A stretch of 64,000 nt of DNA from assembly GCA_034423215.1 (NCBI GenBank), contig DAOUIY010000067.1, positions 52,265 through 116,264 on the forward strand. Reading direction: 5' to 3'. The notes under the pieces are model-generated. The model was not told the origin of the DNA, ran no database searches, and was given only the letters and a program-made list of their open reading frames with translations. Position numbers and translations under genes: made by a program. The stretch comes from Dehalococcoidia bacterium (lineage in GTDB: Bacteria > Chloroflexota > Dehalococcoidia > Lucifugimonadales > UBA3495). The stretch's first letter is position 1. Every line of letters begins with the position of its first letter. This document shows, piece after piece, positions 56,789 through 64,000 of the stretch.

Positions 56789-56897
56789 ATTTCCTCCATG
56801 TATTTCTTGCCCAAGCTAGCAACCGAAAGACCGGTTCAGGGTTCTTCGAAGCCAAAAGGCGGAGGGCCATCTTTACCCGCCTCCACCAATGGTGTCC

Positions 56898-57098
56898 TCA
56901 GGTGGATTCGCCAGGGTAATTGCTATTTTCTGTATATAAGAAGGGCGGCGGCTCATCGAAGGACAGACCGGAGCGTAGGGCTTCCTGCTGACGCCGGTAC
57001 CAATCACGCCGAGCCAGTTGAACCTCTGCCCGGCCTTCCTCTCGGCCTATCTCCCGCTCTCGCTTTTTGAATTTCTCGACCAATATTTCCGCCCACAT
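56898..57098 (-). CDS. Truncated FDEPPP-family paralogue (no TM)
   Basis: 66 aa from ATG 57098 after AGAGGG; duplicates the C-half of 57112..57633. Confidence 0.5.
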   Translation of the reverse strand: MWAEILVEKFKKREREIGREEGRAEVQLARRDWYRRQQEALRSGLSFDEPPPFLYTENSNYPGEST

Positions 57099-57111
57099 GA
57101 GAGCGTCCCTC

Positions 57112-57633
57112 TTAGCTCGATGCGCCAGGGTGATTGTTATCCTCCGAGTCAGACCCGGGCGGCGGCTCATCAAAGGGCACACCAGAGCGTAGAGCTTCCT
57201 GCTGCCGCCGGTGCCAAGCACGCCAAGCCAGTTGATTCTCTGCCCGGCCTTCTTCCCGGCCTTCTTCCCGACCTTTTGCCCGGCCTTCCTCCCGACCTTC
57301 CTCCCGGCCAATGGCCCGTTCCCGCTTTTTGAACTTCTCAACTATCAGCTCTGCCAGCATAAAGGCCACTCCTTTTGCCAGGTTAATCAGTTTCTCCGCC
57401 AGGTAAACGACGCCGCCAGCGACACCCAAGCCGCCCAACCCGACTGCCAGCATGGTCAGGCCGCTGGTACGGGCATCGGCCGGGGCAACTGACAGGCTCA
57501 GCAGGGCAATGGCCGCGCCTATGCCGATTACAATGGCAAAGGCAGCGGTGTAAATGATTATTCGGACGGTTTGTATTGTATCATCTCCCGCTTGCTTCTC
57601 CCGACGGGCGACCGGGCGTCTCGGGTTCGTCAA
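57112..57633 (-). CDS. Two-TM FDEPPP-family protein with (G)REEG repeats
   Basis: Two TMs, REEGREEGRAKGREEGREEG, WRAWHRRQQEALRSGVPFDEPPP. Confidence 0.7.
   Translation of the reverse strand: MTNPRRPVARREKQAGDDTIQTVRIIIYTAAFAIVIGIGAAIALLSLSVAPADARTSGLTMLAVGLGGLGVAGGVVYLAEKLINLAKGVAFMLAELIVEKFKKRERAIGREEGREEGRAKGREEGREEGRAENQLAWRAWHRRQQEALRSGVPFDEPPPGSDSEDNNHPGASS
57243..57309. repeat. 12-bp tandem repeat, about 5.5 units (CCCGRCCTTYYK)
   Basis: Encodes GREE repeats on minus strand. Confidence 0.85.
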
Positions 57634-57661
57634 TGGTTGCTGCCCGGCCCGTGGAATAGAC

Positions 57662-57688
57662 GGCCTCCCGTGAGATTCACGGGAGGCC
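57662..57688. terminator. Hairpin downstream of the solute-binding protein gene
   Basis: GGCCTCCCGTGA-GAT-TCACGGGAGGCC, 12 bp stem. Confidence 0.6.
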
Positions 57689-57739
57689 GCAAGTGTCAGG
57701 CATCTGCCCTGCTTGACAGGGCGGTAATGGCGATAGAGC

Positions 57740-59617
57740 TTACTGCGCAGCCTTGAGCAGGTTCCAGTGGCTGGTCTTCGAACCGGCGGTACCGGGGAAG
57801 GTCCAGCTCTCCACCACCTCGGGGTTGAACGTTACCTGCAAGGTGAACCAGAAGAAAGGTATGTCGGCAAAATTGTAGTACTTGTCGTTACCCATCTCCA
57901 GCAGCAGTTCGTGAATACGGTCATTGTCCACGGTGTCCATGGCCTGGAACTCCGCATAATTCCGCTCAATCACGTCAGAGTAGTAGCCGGAGCCGCCCAC
58001 ACCCTGTGCGGATGACCAACTGCGAAGCCGGTTGGTCAGGGAGCGCATGGTAATTACGTTGCCCCAGCCGCCCTTCTTGATGAAGTCCGTCCGTTCGCGG
58101 TAATTCTTACGGACGGTGCCCCACTCGCTGTCCAGCAGAGTAACTTCAATACCGATGGGCTGCCAGTAGTTAATCAGGGCTTCCAGCATAACGGCCGTTT
58201 CCGGCTCATCGGAGGAGAAATAGTTATAGGAGGTGAAAGGCATGGGGTTCTCGGGCGTGTACCCGGCCTGCGCCATCAACTCCCGGGCAGCATCCGGGTC
58301 GTAGCCATAGAGTTCTTCCCAGTCGTTCTCCCATTCATCGTTCCACACGCCCAGCACTGGGTGGAACTGGGTCAGCAGCATCAGGCTGCCCTGACCCTTG
58401 AGGACGTGCTGGAGCATCTCTTCCCGGTCAATAGCCTTGTTCATAGCCTGCCGGATAATCTTGCCGTTATCGGGGCTGGCCCAGGGCACGGCGGGATCAT
58501 AGTCTTCCTGGTAGGCGCCATAGTACTGTCCACCCAGGAACATGGTGAGGTAGTGCGTGGGCGCGCCGGCCTCGGCATTTACCATGCCGTTGCGGGCAGC
58601 TTCCAGCTGCAATTCCCGGGACAGGGCAGCGATATGAATTTCGCCGGTCAGCAGAGCGGCCAGCCGGGTAAGGTCTTCACGAACCCAGCGCAGTTCCACT
58701 TCCTGGAAATCCGGGTTCTCTCCCCGCCAGTGGGGCTGTGGAGCCTTTTCGAACCAGATGTTCTGGCCCACTGTCCTGCCGCCATACACATAGGAACCGG
58801 TGCCGGCGGGCTTCTCATCAAAGCCTTCTACTCCAACTTCATCAAACTGGCGCTTGCTCAGCATCATGATCTCGCCGCCGCCAAAGCCGCGGGAAAGGAT
58901 GGCCGGCGTATCAAGCGCCAGGGAGGGAAAGGTGACCTTCACCGTATAGTCATCCACGGCATCATAGGTCGCGCCATCGAAGAAGGAGGCCGCCGAAACC
59001 TGGGAATCTTCTCCCAGGATGCGGTCAAAGGACGCTATCACGTCAGCGGAGGTAAACTCACCCCAGTCGAAGTGGAAGGGCACTCCCTCTTCCAGGTACA
59101 ACGTCCATTCTCGACCGTCAGGGCTCGACTCCCAGCTCTTGGCCAGGCGGGGAATACGAGCGTTGGTTACTTCGTGTATCCCTATCAGGGTTTCCGAATA
59201 AGGGTCGAACTGGTAGTAAGAAGGACGACCCACGGTCCAGTGCCGGTTGGTTTCCTGAACCTCGCCCAAGGCGTAGATTACGCGGTCAACCTTGGCCTCC
59301 ACCTCTTCCATCATCGCCGGAATGGGGGTGGGCGTGGCGATTACCGTCCTCTCAACGACGGTTTCCCTGGGTACTTCCTTCAGTACCTCTACTTCTTGTA
59401 CGACCTGTACTTCCCTTTCTACTACCTTTTCAACTTCAACGGGAACCTGTACCTCCCTCTCAACCTCCCTGACCACCTCAACAGGTACTTCCCTGACCAC
59501 TTCCACTTCCCTTTCAATAACCTCGGGAGCGGCGCTGCCACACGCCACCACGAGGGCCAGAAGTCCAATGAGAGAGAAAGCGAAAAGAATTCGGCATTTG
59601 CTTAACCAGAAACTCAT
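57740..59617 (-). CDS. ABC transporter substrate-binding lipoprotein, family 5 (DppA/OppA-like)
   Basis: Lipobox VVACG, EV/VV repeat linker, LAKSWESSPDGREWTLYL, PAGTGSY, IRQAMNKAIDRE. Confidence 0.9.
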   Translation of the reverse strand: MSFWLSKCRILFAFSLIGLLALVVACGSAAPEVIEREVEVVREVPVEVVREVEREVQVPVEVEKVVEREVQVVQEVEVLKEVPRETVVERTVIATPTPIPAMMEEVEAKVDRVIYALGEVQETNRHWTVGRPSYYQFDPYSETLIGIHEVTNARIPRLAKSWESSPDGREWTLYLEEGVPFHFDWGEFTSADVIASFDRILGEDSQVSAASFFDGATYDAVDDYTVKVTFPSLALDTPAILSRGFGGGEIMMLSKRQFDEVGVEGFDEKPAGTGSYVYGGRTVGQNIWFEKAPQPHWRGENPDFQEVELRWVREDLTRLAALLTGEIHIAALSRELQLEAARNGMVNAEAGAPTHYLTMFLGGQYYGAYQEDYDPAVPWASPDNGKIIRQAMNKAIDREEMLQHVLKGQGSLMLLTQFHPVLGVWNDEWENDWEELYGYDPDAARELMAQAGYTPENPMPFTSYNYFSSDEPETAVMLEALINYWQPIGIEVTLLDSEWGTVRKNYRERTDFIKKGGWGNVITMRSLTNRLRSWSSAQGVGGSGYYSDVIERNYAEFQAMDTVDNDRIHELLLEMGNDKYYNFADIPFFWFTLQVTFNPEVVESWTFPGTAGSKTSHWNLLKAAQ

Positions 59618-60119
59618 CGGCAGCAACCTCCTGCATGCAAAAACTAGGCGTCCGTGTTCCAGCCATTTGGTTGATTTTGGCGATACCCGGAAAACTGACA
59701 GAGTATAGGCTTGTAGTATTTTGGGTGTCAATACTTGCCGGCGTATTTCGCTTTTCGTCGCCCATAGGCAATGCATGGCACTTTGCGGCAATAGACTGGG
59801 TGTTTTGTTTCTTTTAACGGGCCGGCGATTCCAGCGACAAGACCGATAGGTCAAAGGCTTCCGGTCTCGCCAGGAGGCTCAGTCTCCATTCCCACTTTAT
59901 TTTTGCCCTGTTCCTGCCCCGGAACGTCCAGAATAAAGCGCGCGGCGGCTTGACGCATGTGGATTTCTCTTTAACCGGCATCGTATCCTTTCCGATGGCT
60001 TGCGACGGGTTGGTATAAAAGGCGGAAGAGTTAGTGCAGTCCTGCGTGTGCGCCCTGCCTCCCAGAGAAACCATCCATCCTGCACCTAACCTCTAAAGCT
60101 GCTGCGGCGCGGCCAAGTA

Positions 60120-60148
60120 TTGACATGCAATTTTACCTAGAATATATT
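60120..60148 (+). promoter_or_regulatory. Sigma70-type promoter for permease genes
   Basis: TTGACA-17 nt-TATATT. Confidence 0.55.
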
Positions 60149-60323
60149 GCCTAATCATTTCGTAGCGGTTCCACACGCTGTTGCCTCACAACGTCTGCCA
60201 GGCATATAGTGCGGGCCCCGGGAACCAGACAAGACCAGAAAAGCTGCTCGAAAACCAACCCCAAATGACAGCAACGATAGGACGCCGGTCGAAAATCGTC
60301 TTTCAGGGGCCAGGACAAGCTAT

Positions 60324-61247
60324 ATGCAGAGATTCATACTGATCCGGCTTTTTCACTCTGTAATCGCCCTGGTGGCGGTTAGCATGATTGTGTTCGGTCT
60401 GGGCAGGCTCTCCGGAGACCCCCTGGACACGCTGCTGGACGTGGACGCAACGGCTGATGACTACGCAAGGGTGCGGGCCTACTGGGGGCTGGACAAGCCC
60501 CTCCACATTCAGTACCTCACCTATATTGGCAACTTTGCCACCGGCAAGTTTGGTGAATCCATCCGTTTCCCCGGCCAGGACGCCCGCGAGCTACTCTGGC
60601 AGCGGTTGCCCGCCACCCTGGAATTGGCGGCCATTGCCCTGATAGTCAGCGCTGTCATTGCCGTGCCACTGGGGGCGATAGTGGCCGTCAAGAAGGACAC
60701 AGGGATAGATTTTGCCGGCAAGATTGTGGCCCTACTGGGGCAGTCCCTGCCCAATTTCTGGATTGCCCTGATGCTTATGTGGGTGCTGGCCGTTCAACTT
60801 GAGTGGCTGCCCACCTCGGGACGTGGAACCTGGAAACACATCCTGATGCCCGGCATTGCCCTGGGCTATTTCCAGGTGGCGGCTCTTATGCGTTTGACTC
60901 GTTCCTCCATGCTGGAGGTGCTGGACACCGAGTATGTCAAGCTGGCTCGCATCAAGGGCTTACGCGAAAGCGCCGTCATCTGGAAGCATTGCCTGCGGAA
61001 CGCGCTTATCGCCCCCATAACCTACTTCGGCCTCATCCTTGGCGGCGCCATGACCGGCTCGGTGGTTATCGAGTCCATTTTCACCTGGCCCGGAGTGGGC
61101 CTGCTAGCCATTGACGCCTTGCGCGCCAAGGACTTTTCAGTGGTGCAATCGGTGGTGATTTTCTTCGCCGCAATATATATTGGCGCCAACCTGCTGGTTG
61201 ACGTCGCCTACGCCTACTTGGACCCGCGCATCCGCTACACCCATTAG
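60324..61247 (+). CDS. Peptide/nickel ABC permease, DppB-like
   Basis: GLDKPLHIQY, RLPATLEL, YVKLARIKGL, IESIFTWPGVG. Confidence 0.93.
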   Translation: MQRFILIRLFHSVIALVAVSMIVFGLGRLSGDPLDTLLDVDATADDYARVRAYWGLDKPLHIQYLTYIGNFATGKFGESIRFPGQDARELLWQRLPATLELAAIALIVSAVIAVPLGAIVAVKKDTGIDFAGKIVALLGQSLPNFWIALMLMWVLAVQLEWLPTSGRGTWKHILMPGIALGYFQVAALMRLTRSSMLEVLDTEYVKLARIKGLRESAVIWKHCLRNALIAPITYFGLILGGAMTGSVVIESIFTWPGVGLLAIDALRAKDFSVVQSVVIFFAAIYIGANLLVDVAYAYLDPRIRYTH

Positions 61248-61279
61248 ACCTGGAATGAAAGCGGAGGAGATTAATTTTT

Positions 61280-62212
61280 ATGGCCAACGTGGCAATACCC
61301 GGCAGCATACCGGGTTCAAGCACCGCAAACCGAGTCTGGCGAGCCCTGGGAACGGCCCGCAGGTATCCGATCTTCCCCGTGTCTATTCTCTTGCTTGTCC
61401 TGGTGTTGCCGGCTATTTTCGCTGACTGGGTTGCTCCGCACGACCCGGTGGTGGGGAGCCTAAGCGGACGCCTGGCCCCGCCTTTCTGGGTAGAAGCCGA
61501 GGGTGAGGGTGTGTTTGCTACCCTGGGGGGCTCAACCGAGAACCTGCTGGGGACCGACAAGCAGGGCAGGGACATTCTGAGCCGCATAATTTACGGAGCG
61601 CGTATTTCCCTTACCGTGGCCGCCATCTCCATCTTGCTGGCCGGTACCATCGGCACCACCCTGGGCCTGATGGCCGGGTACTTCGGCGGCAACCTGGACC
61701 ACCTGGTGATGCGGGCGGTGGACATCTGCCTTTCTATGCCGGCCATACTCTTCGCCCTGGTGCTGGCCGTGGTGCTGGGGCCCAGTTTCCAGACGGTTAT
61801 TATCGTCATCGTTTCCATTTTCTGGTCCCGCTATGCGCGCCTGGTGCGGGGCGAGACTCTGAGCATCAAGTCCCAGGACTTTGTAGCCCGGGCCCGGGTA
61901 GCCGGGGCCTCCAACTTTCGCATTATTTCCCGCCACGTCTTCCCGAATGTGGTCAACACCATCATCGTGCTGGCGACCCTGGAAGTTGGACAGGTTATCC
62001 TGCTGGAGTCCACGCTCAGCTTCCTGGGGGCCGGACTGCCCCGTCCCACGCCGGCCTGGGGTCTGATGGTTGCCGATGGGCGGGAATTGCTGGTTACTTC
62101 GTGGTGGCTGACCGTCTGGCCCGGCGCGGCCATCCTGCTTTCCGTGCTGTCCATGAACTTGCTGGGCGACTGGCTGCGCGACCGCCTGGACCCCAAGCTG
62201 CGCAACGTGTAA
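61280..62212 (+). CDS. Peptide/nickel ABC permease, DppC-like
   Basis: [46 protein letters not shown]. Confidence 0.93.
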   Translation: MANVAIPGSIPGSSTANRVWRALGTARRYPIFPVSILLLVLVLPAIFADWVAPHDPVVGSLSGRLAPPFWVEAEGEGVFATLGGSTENLLGTDKQGRDILSRIIYGARISLTVAAISILLAGTIGTTLGLMAGYFGGNLDHLVMRAVDICLSMPAILFALVLAVVLGPSFQTVIIVIVSIFWSRYARLVRGETLSIKSQDFVARARVAGASNFRIISRHVFPNVVNTIIVLATLEVGQVILLESTLSFLGAGLPRPTPAWGLMVADGRELLVTSWWLTVWPGAAILLSVLSMNLLGDWLRDRLDPKLRNV

Positions 62213-62428
62213 TCGTAAAACCGGAATTAGTCATTGAAAACGCCCCCTCTGTGAGTTCAGCAGCACCACGGTGGGGGCCTTCTTTTGGGCTTGGAGACGA
62301 AATTCTCGACAAGACCGGCCCCGGTTTCCAACATCCGGACATATTGGTCCATCAGCATAGGAATTTTGGATAAGCTGAGACTACGCTCGTGTTGAAAGCG
62401 GGAGTCCGTTCACGGTGAACGCGGGAGT

Positions 62429-62507
62429 CCGCTCATGGTGAGCCTGTCGAACCATCAACCTGCCAAACTGTTAAAGGGCGGCCCTTCGACAAGCTCAGGG
62501 TGAGCGG
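62429..62507. repeat. REP/MITE-like element, family B
   Basis: CCGCTCATGGTGAGCCTGTCGAACC...CCCTTCGACAAGCTCAGGGTGAGCGG. Confidence 0.75.
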
Positions 62508-62586
62508 AAAAAATATCCCTCATTTCAAATAAGTTGAACCACTATTAGCCCAACAACTTTGAAATGATAGGTGAAATTTCTTCTCT

Positions 62587-62684
62587 CCGTCGTTCCGGCG
62601 AAGGCCGGAACCCAGGAGTCCTGAAGGTAAGGAACCAGGTCCGGCGCTAACAACCCTGGATTCTGGCCTGCGCCAGAATGACGG
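62587..62684. repeat. REP/MITE-like element, family A (longer spacer)
   Basis: CCGTCGTTCCGGCGAAGGCCGGAACCC...GGATTCTGGCCTGCGCCAGAATGACGG. Confidence 0.7.
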
Positions 62685-62885
62685 GTAACTATCGAAACCC
62701 GTCATTCCAAATAGGTCAAAACCCCAGCCGTGAGGGCAATTTTCAACGGAGCAGGGGCCAAAACCTGGGCATGGAAAACCTTCCCCGCCGCTGCGTCGTA
62801 ACAGATAAAGGACTTGCTTGGCTGGCCCCCCTGTCAGGCCCCCTGTCAGGCTCCCCTGTCCAAATCCCTTTAAGGTACCGATGAC

Positions 62886-64000
62886 ATGAGCAAATCCAGC
62901 CGCAACATTCTGGCTCACTTCACCCCGCTACTGTTGCTGGTCCTGCTCTGGGCCGCGGCGGCCGGCTGCTTCCCGGCGACGGATGTAAGTACCCAGCCGG
63001 CCCAGAACACGGTTGCGGACTCCCCCGCCAACTCCCCGGCAGTCTCGGGACAGGCCAGCCCCAGTGGGACGGGTGACCAGCCTGCGGAGACGTTGCCGCC
63101 TCCAACCGTCCGCGACATTCCCACCGCTCCCCCCGCTGCCGAGCCAACCACCAGGCCGCTGGCCGGCTCCGAGGAGGGTTCAAATTCCCAGGCCGCAGCG
63201 GACGCTTCCGCTCCGAATTCCGGTACACCGGACGCTGGCACGCCCCAGGAAGCCGCCACGGAAGAAGCCGCCACGGAAGAAGCCGCCACGGAATCCCTGT
63301 CGCCGGGCTCGGTGCCGGCCATATTCGAAGAGCTTGACCTGTTGGAGGACTCGGCCTTTGGCTACCTGAAGGAACTGGCCGAAGGGCTGGGCCCCAGGAC
63401 CAGCAGCACCGACCTGGAGAAGGAAGCCGCCGAATACCTGATGCAGCGGTTCGAAGACCTGGGCTACAGTCCCCGGCTGCAGGAGTTCTCGCGGGCGTCA
63501 ACCAGGGCAACCGTATCCGTGACCACCCCTTCCCTGGGAGAACTGGAAAGCAATACTCTGGACGGCGCCGCTCCGGGGGAAGCCACCGACCGGCTGGCGT
63601 TCGTGGGACTGGGCAAACCCGGGGACATTCCCGAGGAGGGCCTGGCAGGAAAGATTGCGTTCATCGAGAGGGGCGAAGTCACTTTTGGCAGCAAGGTTGC
63701 CCAGGTTGAGCGGGCCGGAGCAGTCGCAGCCATAATCTTCAATAACGTTGACGGGAACTTCCGCGGGACCCTCGGTGGCAACAGCCGCATACCGGTGGTG
63801 TCCCTTTCCCGGGCCCATGGCCTCCGCCTGCTGGAGTCCCTTAACGAGGGAACCGCGGTGGAAGGGACCGTGGTCGTGGCAGAAGACGCGCTGCCCTCCC
63901 GCAACGTCATCGCGGAACTGGCCGGCGCCGGCGAGGGTGTAGTGGTGGTAGGCGCCCACTTCGACACCGTGCCCGATTCCGTGGGCGCTTCCGATAATGC
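62886..64000 (+). CDS. M28 family aminopeptidase with PA domain, lipoprotein (partial, runs off window)
   Basis: Read manually: lipobox AAAGC, low-complexity linker, KIAFIERGEVTFGSK PA domain, VVVGAHFDTVPDSVGASDN. Confidence 0.9.
   Translation, partial: MSKSSRNILAHFTPLLLLVLLWAAAAGCFPATDVSTQPAQNTVADSPANSPAVSGQASPSGTGDQPAETLPPPTVRDIPTAPPAAEPTTRPLAGSEEGSNSQAAADASAPNSGTPDAGTPQEAATEEAATEEAATESLSPGSVPAIFEELDLLEDSAFGYLKELAEGLGPRTSSTDLEKEAAEYLMQRFEDLGYSPRLQEFSRASTRATVSVTTPSLGELESNTLDGAAPGEATDRLAFVGLGKPGDIPEEGLAGKIAFIERGEVTFGSKVAQVERAGAVAAIIFNNVDGNFRGTLGGNSRIPVVSLSRAHGLRLLESLNEGTAVEGTVVVAEDALPSRNVIAELAGAGEGVVVVGAHFDTVPDSVGASDN
63249..63293 (+). repeat. 15-bp tandem repeat x3 (GAAGCCGCCACGGAA)
   Basis: Encodes EAATE x3 in the peptidase linker. 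Confidence 0.9.

Noticed and set aside
59618-60323. Possible riboswitch or small ORF in the SBP-dppB divergent gap
   Set aside because: No recognisable aptamer and no ORF with RBS; only promoter-like sequence
62826-62860. CCCCTGTCAGG direct repeats upstream of the M28 peptidase
   Set aside because: Only about 2.5 short copies; cannot tell an operator from slippage
1-64000. Global TGA reassignment (code 4/25) as the cause of the two in-frame TGAs
   Set aside because: ispF, nadB, ybeY, dnaX, ebfC and others end at TGA at family-typical lengths, several in ATGA overlaps

Overview
High-GC bacterial chromosomal window. The gene set (many catabolic hydrolase/dioxygenase/ALDH paralogues, an EV-repeat-linker family-5 solute-binding lipoprotein, PAC2, a DUF5679-like protein) suggests Chloroflexota/Dehalococcoidia, SAR202-like; this taxonomy is inference. 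Housekeeping blocks are PIN/TRAM-ispD-ispF-cysS, rpsU, dtd, nadB-nadC, ybeY-dnaX-ebfC-recR-recO and uvrA. Interspersed are four toxin-antitoxin-type cassettes, a four-gene MacB/FtsX-type ABC system, a CtaG copper-delivery pair, a PLP histidine/serine-type decarboxylase with an ACT protein, a dpp-type transporter, and about 14 palindromic REP/MITE-like elements of two families. The main hidden signal is two unrelated genes, an OsmC-family peroxidase (8304-8753, -) and a ricin-lectin/DUF3179 lipoprotein (32396-34615, -). Each is broken by an in-frame TGA exactly where the family has a catalytic Cys (RR-U-PLYG; AY-U-TLCG). Both TGAs are followed by a hairpin with the same CGTG loop at +21..+24 (17 of 30 nt identical), which points to two selenoproteins and a lineage-specific SECIS consensus. 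No tRNA, rRNA, CRISPR array or transposase was recognised.
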